DNA from: Mobula hypostoma
Taxonomy: Eukaryota
Assembly (NCBI RefSeq): GCF_963921235.1
Contig: NC_086097.1
Span: 34,412,001-34,476,000 of the forward strand
Direction: 5' to 3'
Length of the DNA: 64,000 bases
A program made the position numbers and the translations under genes. The notes below the pieces were generated by a model. It was given only the letters and a program-made list of their open reading frames with translations. It was not told the DNA's origin and made no database searches. Below are positions 12,780-25,145 of the stretch, piece by piece; within the stretch, counting starts at the first letter, position 1, and the number at the start of each line of letters is the position of its first letter.

Positions 12780-14075
12780 AGAAAGTTGAAGCAAGGCAGT
12801 GGATGTTGTCTACATGGATGTTAGCAAAGACTTTGACATGGTCCATCATGGGAGGCTGGTCAAGAAGATTCAATTATTTGGTATTCAAGAGAAGGTAGTA
12901 AACTGGATTAGACATTGGTTTCGTGGGAGGAAACAGAGTGGTAGTAGAACATTGCTGCTCTGACGGAGCCCTGTGACTAGTGGATTACTGCTGGAATCGA
13001 TACTGGGTCCATTGTTCTTTGTCATCTATATCAATGATCTGAATTATAATCTAGTAGACTGGATTCAACAAATTTGTGGATGACACCAAGACTGGGGGTG
13101 TAGTGGACAGCGAGGAGAACTATCAAAGCTTGCAGCGGGGTCTAGTACAGCTGGAAACTGGGCTGAAAATGGCAGATGGAATTTAACAGACAAGTGCGAG
13201 GGTTTACATCTGGGAGGACCAACAAGTGTAGTTCTTACATGGTGAGCAGTAGGGAACTGAGGAGAGTGGTAGAACAAAGGGATCTGGGAATACAGATTCA
13301 TATTCCTCGAACGTGCCTTCACAAGTGGATAGGATCGTAAAGGAATCCTCATAAGTCAAGGCATTAGGTACAGAAGTTGGGATTGTTGAAATCGTGTAAG
13401 ACTTTGGTGAGGCCTAATTTGGAGTATTGTGTGCACTTCTGGTAACCTACTTACAGGAAAGATATCAATAAGATTGAAAGAGTGCAAAGAACATTTACAA
13501 GGATGTCACGTGGACTTGAGGACTGAGTTATAGGGAAATGTTGGGTAGGGAATATAGGGGAATGAGAGGAGATTTAGAACATAGAACATAGAATTTTACA
13601 GCACATTGCAGGCCCTTCGGCCCACAATGTTGTGCTGACCATGTAACCTACTCTAGAGGCTGCCTAGAATTTCCCTAGCGCATAGCTCTCTATTTTTCTA
13701 TTTGATAGAGATATACAAAAATATGAGGAGATACAGATAGGGTAAATGCAAGCAAGCTTTTTCCACTGAGGTTGGGTGAGACTAGAACTAGAAGTCATGG
13801 GTTAAGGTTAAAAGGTAAAATGTTTAAGGGGAATATAGGGGGGAACTTCTTCACTCAGAGGGTAGTGAGAGTGTGGAACAAGCTGTCAGTGTATGTGGCG
13901 GATGTGGGTTCGATTTCAACATTTAAGAGAAGTTTAGATAGGTACATGGATCAGAGGGGTATGGAGCACTATGGTCCAAGTGCAGGTTAATGGGACTAGC
14001 AGATTAATGATCCAGTGCAGATTAGATGGGCCAAAGGGTCTGTTTCTGTGCTGTAGTGTCCTATGAATCTATCCC
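12780..14075 (+). mobile_element. CR1 LINE RT to 3' end, with an inverted CR1 tail inserted at about 13575-13700
   Basis: AVDVVYMD.SK.FD, KFVDDTK, FFTQRVVRVWNKL motifs. Confidence 0.85.
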
Positions 14076-14211
14076 TATAACTATGATCTCCTGTGCTCCA
14101 GCTGACCGAATATCTCATAACTCAATCCATCCAGTCCCAGCAACATCCTCACAAATCTTTTCTGCTCCCTTTCCAGCTTAAAACATTCTTCTCACAGCTG
14201 GATGATCAGAA

Positions 14212-14835
14212 TTCAACCTCAAAGTAAATTTATTATCAAAGTACATATATGTCATCATATACAATCCCGAGATTCATTTTCTTGCAGACGTACTCAGTAA
14301 ATCCATAATAGAAAAATAACCATAATAGAATCAATAAAAGACCACACCGTCTGGGCATTCAACCAGTGTGCAAAAGACAACAAACTATGCAAATACAATA
14401 AGAAAGAAATAATAATGATAAACAAATAAGCAAATAAATACCGAGGACATGAGACAAGGAGTCCTTGAAGGTGATTTCATGGATTGTGGGAACATTTCAG
14501 TGATGGGGCAAGTGAAGTTATCCCCTTTGGTTCAAAAGCCTGATGGCTGAGGAGTAATAACCATTCCTTAACCTAGTGGTGTGAGTCCTGAGGATCCTAC
14601 ATCTTCTTCCCAATGGCAGCAGTGAGAAGAATGCATGAGCTGGGTGGTGGGGGTCACTGATAATGGATGCTGCTTTCCTTGAGATATGCTCAACAGTGGG
14701 AGGGCTTTACCCGTGATGGACAGGGCCGCATCCACTACTTTTTGTCGGACTTTCTGCTCAAGGGTATTGGTGCTTCCATACCAAGCTGTGATGCAGCCAG
14801 TCAATACACTCTCTACCACACATCTGTAGAAGTCA
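14212..14835 (-). mobile_element. Rex1/Babar-type LINE 3' end
   Basis: FYRCVVESVLTGCITAWYGSTN..QKVVDAALSITG. Confidence 0.85.
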
Positions 14836-15301
14836 TAATCGGAACCCAATCTTCATTGGAGCATGACTTCTCAACTCCTGAACTCAATGCCCTCACTGAT
14901 GAAGGCTAGCAAGCTGAGTACCGCCTTCATTTTCTCCTCTACCGGTTTTGCCTCTCTTTCAGGGATCAACGTACTTGTATCCCTAGGCCTCTGTGTTGTA
15001 CAACTCTCCCCCAGGGCCTTACCATTTACTGAACAGAAAGCAAATCCTCACACTTGTCTGATTTCAATTCCAATCGCCGTTCCTGGGCCCACTTTCCCAG
15101 TTCATCTAGATCGTGCTGTCACCTTAAGGTAACCTTCTGCTCCTTTCACTACACACCAACTTTGGTGTCATCCACAGACTTACTTCACATGTTAACAACA
15201 TTGTCATCTATGAATATATTTAAGGTAGACAGATTCCTAATAAACGAAGGGTGAAAGGTAACTGGCTGTATATGGGAGTGTGAAAAATTGGCTACAATCA
15301 A

Positions 15302-15465
15302 GGATAAAGGAGATTCTGCGGACGCTGGAAATCTTGAGCAACACACTCAACAAATCAGGCAGCAGCCATGAGGGGAAATGACCAGTCCATATTTTGAATG
15401 TTGACTGTTTATTCCCCTCCATAGATGCCGCCTGACCTGCAGAGTTCCTCCTGCATTTTGTTGAT
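15302..15465. mobile_element. Penelope-like inverted terminal-repeat unit inserted in a CR1 tail
   Basis: Two opposed PLE tail arms; TSD-like TACAATCAA on both sides. Confidence 0.6.
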
Positions 15466-15829
15466 TACAATCAAATCATCCATGACCTTTTTTGAGGGGT
15501 TGAGTGGGCTATTTCTGGTGCCATTGTGTATGCATGATTTCACTGGGCAAACATACAGGTTCCATAATAGTAACTTCAGTTGCATCACCTGCTCACCTAT
15601 GGGAGCCCAAGAGGTGGGGGTGTCACAAGTTAAATATCTGTGAAGAAAGGTCCTTTATCACTGTCAGGGAAACTACACTGTTTCAGTCAGCTTATGAAAA
15701 GCAAGCTCATTATAAAGTTAGATGTCTAATGCCAGTTTGTTGAAGTGAGGAGAGAATGGCTGACACAAGGAAAATACATCTACCAAATGCTCCCAGAGAG
15801 GTGTTCTGAATAACATCAGAGATGGGAAA

Positions 15830-16185
15830 TAAGACTATAAGACATAGGAGCAGAACTAGGCCATTCATTCCATCAAGTCTGCCTTTTCATCATTCAACCC
15901 ATTCCCCTGCCTTCTCCTTGTAACTTTTGACACCCTTACTAATCAAGAACCTATCAACCTCCACTTTAAATATACCCAATAACTTGCCCTTCACAGCCGT
16001 CTGTGGCAATGAATTCCACAGATTCACCACCCATTGGCTAAAGAAATTCCTTCTCATCTGTGTTCTGAAGGGAAATCCTATTCTGAGGTTGTGCCCTCTG
16101 GACCTAGACTCCCCAGCTATAGGAAACTTACTCTCCACATCCAGTCTATCTATGCAGTGGGGGCAATGAGATCCCCCTTTCATAA
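15830..16185 (-). mobile_element. CR1 LINE 3' end
   Basis: RRNFFSQWVVNLWNSLP..IFKVEVDRFLISKG. Confidence 0.85.
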
Positions 16186-16629
16186 TCCTGATGACTAAGT
16201 AGAGGAATGCATTTCAAACGGTGTCCTTGCCTTGCATGGGAAGGGAACGTCTCCTTGCATGGAGACGTGACAAAGAGTGGCAGCAAGTTCACAACAGGCA
16301 TTAAAACAACGGATGCGACATTGCAATTAGCGCAGGTACTTCAGCAAATCACTCAAAGGGCTGAGGTACCCTTAGGCATCACTTTGCACATCTGGCTAAT
16401 GAAGAGAAGGATCCTGTTAATCCCGTACGCCAGAGACATGAGATGAACATAGTGGGGAATGATGTGTACTGTGATTAAAAAGAAATTAAGAAGTCAAGTT
16501 GTAAACAATTGCAACAGGTTATACCTAGAAGCTGACAATGTCAGGATTAGGTTGGGTGAAGGAGTTCTGTCTGAGAGTGCATGCTTACCATCTAACTACT
16601 ATGCTAGGTCGAGTCAGATGGGACACCTC

Positions 16630-16893
16630 AGCACTGAAATGATTCTACAATCCACGGATTCACTTTCGATGACACTACAAATCATGTTCTCAATATTATT
16701 TATTTACTCATGTTTTTATTCATTTTGCCTTCTTTTGCACATTGGCTGTTTGTCAGTCTTTGTCTAGTTTTTCACTGATTTTATTGCATTTCTTTATTCT
16801 ACTGAGAGTGCCTGCAAATAAATGAATTTCAAGATTGCATATGGTGACATATTGCACTCTGTCAATTAATTTACTTTGATCTTTAAACTTTGA
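16630..16893 (+). mobile_element. Rex1/Babar-type 3' UTR fragment
   Basis: Similar to the UTR at 2800-2985 (GGTGACATAT..CTCTG..TTTACTTTGA). Confidence 0.55.
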
Positions 16894-16978
16894 AAAGAGG
16901 AGACACAAGAGACATCAGGTACTGGAACTTGAAGCAACACACAAGATGCTGAAGGAACTCAACAGGTCAGGCAGCATC

Positions 16979-17578
16979 CCAGTGGCCACACATTTTAATT
17001 CCACATCCCATTCCCATTCTGACATGTCTATCCACGGCCTCCTCCACTGTAAAGATGAAGCCACACTCAGGTTGGAGGAACAACACCTTATATTCCGTCT
17101 GGGTAGCCTCCAACCTGATGGCATGAACATTGACTTCTCTAACTTCCGCTAGGCCCCACCTCCCCCTCGTACCCCAGCTGTTACTCATTTTTATGCACAC
17201 ATTCTTTCTCTCACTCTCCTTTTTCTCCCTCTGTCCCTCTGAATATACCTCTTTCCCATCCTCTGGGTCACCCCCCCCCCCCGTCTTTCTTCCCGGACCT
17301 CCTGTCCCATGATCCTCTCGTATCCCCTTTTGCCTATCACCTGTCCAGCTCTCGGCTCTATCCCTCCCCCTCCTGTCTTCTCCTATCATTTTGCATCTCC
17401 CCCTCCCCCTCCAGCTTTCAAATCCCTTACTCACTCTTCCTTCAGTTAGTCCTGACGAAGGGTCTCGGCCTGAAACGTCGACTGCGCCTCTTCCTATGGA
17501 TGCTGCCTGGCCCGCTGCGTTCACCAGCAACTTTGATGTGTGTTGCTTGAATTTCCAGCATCTGCAGAATTCCTGTTG
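16979..17578 (+). mobile_element. Penelope-like retroelement 3' part: GIY-YIG endonuclease C-terminus and terminal repeat
   Basis: PVATHFNSTSHSHSDMSIHGLLHC..RLEEQHLIFRLGSLQPDGMN (stop at about 17152), polypyrimidine spacer, hammerhead motif. Confidence 0.85.
17448..17483 (+). ncRNA. Minimal type I hammerhead ribozyme motif (PLE-associated)
   Basis: AGTC-CTGACGA-AGGGTCTCGGCCT-GAAAC-GTC-GACT: stem I AGTC/GACT, CUGANGA and GAAA core boxes, stem II, GUC cleavage triplet. Confidence 0.8.
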
Positions 17579-19084
17579 TCTGTGAAGAGAAGTTGACACC
17601 TTGGGTCAAGAACCTTCATCGGACCAAAGGATAATGGGCAAAGAGCCAGTGTAATGAAGATGAAGGGGAAGGGTGGAGTAAGTGTTACCAAGTGATAGGA
17701 AGACCCAAGTGAGGAGGAGGGATAGGCAGGCAGAAGAGGGAGAGTGGAAGCTGGGAGATGATGGACAGAAGTGACCAAAGGTGACATGATGGAATCTGAA
17801 AAGAAGGGAAAGTGGACCATGGAATCAAATAAGGGAGGTTTAGAGGATAGATGGGACCACTGGGGGGAGGGGAGCTAGTGGGAGGGCTATGTTGATGATG
17901 GGCAGATGGAGTTGGTGGGGAAGGAATGTTGGTCACTGGTGTAGGAAGAAATGGGTTGATCGGAAGGAGAGAGAATAGGGAGAATGTTTATAGTAACGCA
18001 GAAACCACTTGGAGACCTAAGATAGAGTTTGATTATGATAGAGGTATAGAAATGGGCATCTGCTTTGCACACTCTGGCAAAAGAGCTAAAATAAAGGAAA
18101 ATTTGCAATTCAATAAGACATATCAGAAGTCAAGGCAGCACAGAGATAAAGTTGCAGATGATCTGAAACATCAAAGAAACTAAAGACTAAATAAGTGCTT
18201 GGTTTTCAGATGATCCAAGTGCTCATATGAGTGAGAGTCTGTTAAAGGTCTCAAGTGTTTTTGTGATTAAGTTAAAGAGGCCGTCTTCTCCTTGTTAAAG
18301 GCTCCAAAATCATACCTGCGCTTGCATGAACTTTTGAAGATTGTGCATTCATAAGTATTACTCCCACATAGTCCTGAATGTAAGTAGATTGGATCCTGCA
18401 AGGAGTGTCAATATCACACATTTCTGTCTTTTATTATTTCCAGGGCATCACAGCTTTGTCACAGCCGGACAGCAAAAGTTTACAGGGATGTGGGTCAAAC
18501 ATATAGAAATGGCACTAGCTTAGTTAGGCAACTTGGTTGGCATGGATGAGATGGGCCAAAGGGCCTTTTCCCAAGAGTATAGCACTATGTTTCTATGGCT
18601 TTGTGAGCTCACAATGCCACCTAGTTTTATAGCCTTAGCAACTTCGATTACGTTACACATTGTTCTTTTCACCTAAGTTGTTAATGCGGTATATATTGGA
18701 AATAGCAGAGGCCCAGTACTGATTCTGTGACATCTCACTAATACCAGCCCAGCATCCTAGATATAACACATCTATTTCTGCTTTTTGCTCTATGGCTTCA
18801 ATCAATCCGCAGTTGATTTTTAAAAAAAATATCCTCAACCCCGTAAGCAATCATTTTATGTCACAATTTTCTGCTATCTGCATTGGCTACAGACATACGG
18901 TGATTACTACCCTAGAAACAGTGAATCGTTGAAATACTACAATGCTGAATGTGACCATTCGGCCCACTTAGCCATACTGGCTCTCTGTGGAACAATTCAG
19001 TCAGTCCCAATCCCTCGCTCTTTCCCCAAAGAATTGTAAAATAATTTTCCCTCGAGTGCCTTCCAGATTCCCTTTTAAAACAGT

Positions 19085-19430
19085 AGCATAGTGGTTGACA
19101 GTGTCAGTGACCAGAAGATCAGGTTCAATTCCTGCAGCTGCCTCTAGGAATTTGCATGTTCTCCTCATGACCGTGTGCGTTTCCCCTGGGTGCTCTGGTT
19201 TCCTCCCATATTCCAAAAAGACATATGGGTTAGGGTTAGTAAGTTGTGGACTTGCTACAGTATGTTGGCACTGGAAACATGGTGACACCTGCAGGCTGCC
19301 CCCCCCCGCCCCACCAGTACATCTTCAGGCTGTATTGGTTGTCAGCGCAAAATGACCCATTTCACTGCATGTTTCAAAGTTTCAATAAACATGTGGCAAA
19401 TAAAACTGAAGTTTACTGTATCTTTAATTA
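19085..19430 (+). mobile_element. V-domain SINE
   Basis: TAGCATAGTGG A-box, GGTTCAATTCC B-box, V-domain TTTGCATGTTCTCC..GGGTGCTCTGGTTTCCTCCCA. Confidence 0.8.
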
Positions 19431-19704
19431 GTTCTGATTCTTCCACCTTTTCTGGCTGAGTTCCAGATGATAACTATTTTCAGCTTTAAAAGAAAACATT
19501 TTCTTCCTCTCTCCCCTTTATCTTTTACCCACATTTTGAATTTGCATCCCAAGTACTGAAATCACTTGCTGCTGGGATCAGCATTTTCATTTCACCTAAA
19601 CCCATCAGTATCTGTGTCAGCATTCAGAGCCAAGCAGAATGCCCATTTCCTATTCAGTAAGCAGTGCCTCCTCTTCATCTCTTTCCGCTTTGTCATTTTT
19701 CCTG

Positions 19705-20514
19705 TGTAACGCCCTGGCTTAGATTGCTACTGCTATGCTGTAGGTATTTTATTTCGGCCATTTTCTGCAAAAGCAGTGTCCTGCTGGTTTGGTTTCGGCT
19801 GGAGATAAAACAGCATGTTGTTCAACTTAGGAATGTTGTGTCAGCCAATCAGGATGGTGGGATTGGGAGAAAGTTCTAGAGAGAGTGGGGTGGAGTGAGT
19901 TTTGAGATGGGCAGTAGACCAGTTTGGGATCTTTTGGGGGGAGCTGTGGTAAAGGACGGAAGGGAAGATGCTGCAGAACGCCGTTGGAAGGAGAGTCCCT
20001 ATTGCACAAAGAGCTTTGTACAGGCGAATGGCTCCGTGGAGAAAGGACCAATATTCCAGTTTGTTCGAGATGGACTTTGGGGGAAGTTCGGAATGTGGCG
20101 TGTGCTTTCACGCAGACCGTGGGTCCAGCACATGAGTAAAAGACAACTCCAGTATGAGCTCCAACAGTCATGGTGCACATTGGACTGGTTTAACTGTAAT
20201 GGGCCCTTTTTCTTTCTCTTTTCTCTTTTGTCTGATAAAGCTGAACTTTGTAAATGTACTTTCTTCATGTGGTGTAATATCTGTTATTTCTTACCAACTG
20301 ACAATTCTGCATGGGCGGTATTTACACAGCAGTCACTCGAATCAAGGTTTCTTTAATCAGGACATCACAGTTCCCATTTGGTTGAACCTCATATCATACT
20401 GACCCTAGACATATATTGTTTATGAAAGGTAGCCTTCTCACCGCTGAGTCACATGGCTGTTAGCAGAGCTCACTAACGAGCCGCGTTTGTATACGAGCCC
20501 GGTGAGAGGTTTCA
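19705..20514 (+). mobile_element. Solo LTR (810 bp)
   Basis: TGTAAC...GTTTCA termini flanked by 4-bp TSD CCTG (19701-19704, 20515-20518); strand tentative. Confidence 0.85.
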
Positions 20515-21174
20515 CCTGTTATACCTGTCCTGTCCTTCAGCACCCATGTACTCTTGTGGCCTGACTACCCAGATTTCTGCTTCATGAACTCTGTACATCA
20601 GTAGCTTTTCCTCATGGCTACGAACCTGCCTATAACAAAATACATCAATTCTTGTCTTTTCTCTTTTCTTAATTCAACTAGCTGTGAGGATGTGGTTCTC
20701 AGGGACAAATATCAACTATCCCTGCTGTTTTGTCCTGTTACTCTGCTGATATGTGGCAAATCCACAGCTTCCTCTATCTACAACATATGTATATTTAATT
20801 ATCTTCATTAACACAGCCAGCCAAAGCGGAAGATCTTGCAATAGGTAACAGCAGGCCATGAAATCTCTACTTACTGCAACCGTATTTCTTAGACCTCACA
20901 GGATTGATTATATTTCACTGTGGTTTATCAAGAGCGACAAATCACAGAGTTCTCAGTTTATAAAATGAACAAAACCCATCAAAACTGACACACGGCTGGC
21001 ACAGTTTTGAACCTACTAAGAGTACGAGTATGGAAAAGATTTATGGATTTTCTCATTGAAAGAGCAGGATTAATTGACTATCCTTTTTTTTTGTAGATTA
21101 GTAATGGCAAACAAAGACTTTTTGCTGTCAGCTCAGATTTGAGATCGTGCACAGACCAATGGAGAATGCAGCAA

Positions 21175-21475
21175 GATGGTATAGCAGTTAGTGCAATCAC
21201 CTTACAACAGCAGTGATCATCGACTGGGGTTCGATTCTCACCACCGTCTGTAAGGAGTTTGTACACTTTCCTGTGACCATGTGGGTTTCCTCCGGGTGCT
21301 CCGGTTTCCTCCCACATTCCAAAGGTGTACGGGTTCCAGTTAGTAAGTTGTGGGCATGCTATGTTGGCACAGGAAGCACGGCGACACAATCTTCACTCAT
21401 TTGATTTGACGCAAAATGACCCATTTCACTATACGTTTCAATGTACATGTGACAGATGAAGCTAATCTTTAACTC
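21175..21475 (+). mobile_element. V-domain SINE
   Basis: GGTTCGATTC B-box; GTGGGTTTCCTCCGGGTGCTCCGGTTTCCTCCCACATTCCAAAG. Confidence 0.85.
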
Positions 21476-21800
21476 AGTCTTTTAAGAGGGGACCTTTCTT
21501 TTTTCTGTTTCCATTGTACAAAATTTCTACTGGGAGATCATGTAAATTTGTAGTAATTATTCCTGTTTTTAAATGTAGATGGCACACATTGGAAGATATA
21601 ATGGGTTCAACCATTAGCAAATTTGCCAGCTTTGTCTTCAAAAGTAAATAGCCACATAATGAGCAGAAATATAACTAGATTTCATTTTTGGTAAACATCC
21701 TCATTTTTGGGTTGATCTTAGTATCAGAATTTTCACTAAAGAAGGTCTTTTGTTTAAAATGTTATAAGGAGTAAAATGTTAGCTTGACATATAGAGTGTA

Positions 21801-22448
21801 CAGTACTGTGCAAGAGTCTTATGCACATGTACATAGCTGGGGTGTCTAAGACTTTGCACAGTAGCTTATTTGTCAATGTGGAGTGAGGAGCTAGTTTGTA
21901 AATCCGGCGGGAGCAAAGGATGTTGGGAATGGCAAGGGTGGAGTGCCACAGAGAGGAGTGGGGCTGGTGGCAGAGGAAGATTGCCGGGACAGGGGTGGTG
22001 CGGGTGCAGACACACCCAACCCTGAGGCACCAAGCAAGATGATTTGATTCCAAACAATTGGCTTATTGATCATTCATTCTCTGGGGCACTGCTGTGTTTT
22101 CGTGGAAGTTTGTGAAGAAAAAGAATTTCAGGATGTATATTGTATACATTTCTCTGACATTAAGTGTACCTATTGAAACCTTTTGAATTATGGAATGTCT
22201 CTAGGGTGCTTTCCGCTCTCTCGTCTCTCCCTTCCCCTTTTCTCAACATGATTCCCCTCTCCCTATCTTCTTCCCACCTTCAATCCACAATAGAGACCCA
22301 TATCAGAATCAGGTTTATCATCACTAACGTTTGTCACAAATGTTTTTTTGTAGCAGCAGTACAGTGTAATACATAAGATTACTAGAGTACAATGCAAAAA
22401 GTCTTAGGCACCCAGGCTGTATATATGTACCTCAGACTTTTGCACAAG
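21801..22448. mobile_element. Composite Tc1/mariner-type MITE bounded by two ~65-bp palindromic units
   Basis: TA|CAGTACTGTGCAAGAGTCTT..AAGACTTTGCACAGTA (21801-21863) and a similar unit at 22386-22448. Confidence 0.6.
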
Positions 22449-22477
22449 GAAATAAATCTAACCTTAGAGTTGATCTG

Positions 22478-22713
22478 CAATACACAAAATGATGGAGGAA
22501 CTCAGCAGGTCAGGCAGCATCTATAGAGGGGAATAAACAGTCAATATTTGAAGCCGGGATCTTGCATTAGGATGTCCTGATCAGAGTCCTGATGAAGGGT
22601 CTCAGCCTGAAATGTCAACAGTTTATTCCTCTCCATAGATGCTGCCCGACCTGCTGAACTCCTTTAGTATTTTGTGTGTGTTGCTCTGGACTTCCAACAC
22701 CTGCAGAATCTCT
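22478..22713. mobile_element. Penelope-like inverted terminal-repeat pair with a hammerhead motif
   Basis: 22478-22575 is the reverse complement of 22585-22680; AGTC CTGATGA AGGGTCTCAGCCT GAAAT GTC at 22585-22616. Confidence 0.75.
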
Positions 22714-23064
22714 TATGCTTAAAGTTAACCTGCTGAGTGGAATGAGGTTGAATGCTGGTTTCATAGCCCACTCAATCATACTCACCCGTGGCTTCATAGC
22801 TGTGGTGAGCACAACAGAATGTGAACCTGATTTGTGGATAGGAGGGGTGTTGGTGCTGACAAATTTTTCAATAGGGTAGCAGAATTAATTTCAGCTATTT
22901 GATTTAACTTCTGCTAATTAGTTTTTAATTAAAGATGGAATGACTAAGAATCTAAATGAAGAAAATAATTAGTCAGAAATTTTAGACAAAAGGATTTGTT
23001 CTTCTAAAGCTGTGGATCTTTTGGAAAAAAAAAGATTAATGCAATGATATGGACTTCATTAAAG

Positions 23065-23555
23065 TCCATTTGGACTCTACATCTGAGAAAGGATGTGCTA
23101 ACATTGGAGAGAGGCCAGTGGAGGTTTACAAGAATGATCCTGGGAAGCAAAGGGTTAATGTATTATGTGTGTTTGATGGTTCTAGGCCGGTACTCACTGG
23201 AGTTTAAACAAATGAGGTAGGGTGGTGAGGTGTTTCCAATAGTGGAAGAGCCTAGGACCAAAGGGAACAGCTTCAATATAAAAGGACATCCCTTTAGAAT
23301 GGAGATTAGGAGGAATTTCTTCAGCCAGAGGGCAGTCATTTTGTGGAATTCATCACTACAGGCAGTTGTGGAGGCCAGGTCATTGGGTATATTTAAAGCA
23401 GAGGTTGATAGGTTCTTGATTAGTAAGAGTGTCAAAGGTTACAGGGAGAAGGCAGAAGAATGGTGTTGAGAGGGAAAGTAAATCAGTCATGAGCAAATGG
23501 TGGAGCCTACTTGATAGGCCATATGTCCTAAATCAGATTCTACGCCTTGCGGTCT
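23065..23555 (+). mobile_element. CR1 LINE 3' end
   Basis: RRNFFSQRAVILWNSSLQAVVEARSLGIFKAEVDRFL. Confidence 0.85.
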
Positions 23556-23924
23556 GAAGTATCTCCTTGAATATAAATTACGGAAAAGAACTGGATGGAA
23601 GAAACTCATTTGAAGTAATGTTGATTAGAAGCAAGTAAAGGAAGAGCAGGAGTTGAAGAATATTTCTTAGTTTAGGTTGACTGAAGAGTCAATAACCAGA
23701 GGCTTTACCTTGACTGGGAAAAGAACCAGAAACAACATAAAGAAATGTTTTTATACAACTTGTATTTAGGATCTGAGACACACTGAATGACATGTAGCAG
23801 AACGGAGATCCAACAGTAACTTAAAGGGAAATCAGAATAGAATCTCAAAAGAGGAAACATGTTTGAAGATGGGGATTCAGAGGGACCAATTCCGAGGGAC
23901 TGGATATTTACAGACTTGGATAGA

Positions 23925-25145
23925 CAGGGGCTGATTAGTGATTGTCAACATGGCTTGGTGCATGGTAGGTCATGTCTAACCAATCATAGAGTTTTTTGAG
24001 AAAGTTACCAGGAAAGTAAACAAAGGCAAGGAAGTGGATGTTGTCTACAAGGACTTTAGCAAGGCCTTTGACAAGGTCCTGCATGGGAGGTTGGTCAAGA
24101 AGGTTCATTCTTCTGGCATTCAGGGTGAGGTAGTAAATTGGATTAGAAGTTGCCTTCATGGGGAGTGGATGTAGAGTCTAGGCCTGTGACTAGTGGAGTG
24201 CCACAGGGATCAGTACTGGGTCCAATGATGTTTGTTCTCTATATCAGTGATCTGCATGATGATGTAGTAAACTGGATCAGAAAATTTCAGATGGCTCCAA
24301 GATTAGGAGTGCAGTGCACAGTGAAGAAGGCTTGCAGTGGAATTGGGGCCAGCTGGAAAAATGGCAGATGGAATGAAATGAAGACAAATGTGAGGTGTTG
24401 CACTATGGAGGACAAACCCGTGTAGGTCTTACACGGTGAACGGTAGGGCATTGAGGAGTGCAGTAGAACTGAGGGATCTGGGAATATAGATTCATAATTT
24501 GTTGAAAGTGGTGTCACAGGTAGGCAGTGTCATAAAGAAAGCTTTTGGCACATTGGCTTTCATAAATCAATGTATTGAGTACAGGAGTTGAGATGTTGAA
24601 GTTGTACAAGTCATTGGTCGGGCCTAATTTGGAGTATTGTGTGCAGTTTAAGTCATCTACCCATAGGAAGAGTAGACAGAAAATCTACAAGGATGTTGCC
24701 AGGTCTTGAGACCTGAGTTATAAGGAAAGGCTGAATAGGTTAGGACTTTATTTCTTAGAGTGTAGGAGAATGAGGGGAGATTAGATAGAGGTATACAAAA
24801 TCATGAGGGGTATAGATAGGGTAAGTGCAAGCAGGCTTTTTCCACTGAGGTTGGGTGAGACCAGAACTGGAGGTCATGGGTTAAGGGTGAAAGGCACAAT
24901 GTTTAAGGGGAACTTCTTCACTCAGAGGGTGGGTGAGAGCGTGGAATGGGATGCCTGAAAAAGTGGTGGATGCAGGTTTGATTTCAACATCCAAGAGAAA
25001 TTTGGATAGGTACTTGGATGGGAGGAAAGTGGAGGGGTATGGTCTGAGTACGAGGTTGACAGGACTAGGCAGGTTGATATTTCAGTGTGGAGTAGATGGA
25101 TGAAATGTCCTGATTCTGTGCTGTAGAGTTCTATGAATTCTATGA
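23925..25145 (+). mobile_element. CR1 LINE RT to 3' end
   Basis: VTSGVPQGSVLGPMMFVLYISDL; CR1 tail TTCTATGA repeats. Confidence 0.85.

Larger units (their letters stand above)
16900..17900 (-). mobile_element. Older Penelope-like element 3' region, split by a younger antiparallel copy
   Basis: Minus-strand tail 16900-16978 continues at 17579; degenerate hammerhead at about 17592-17625; pyrimidine-rich spacer on the minus strand. Confidence 0.65.

Noticed and set aside
16967..17599. 210-aa minus-strand ORF
   Set aside because: Antisense of the Penelope GIY-YIG region and its low-complexity UTR
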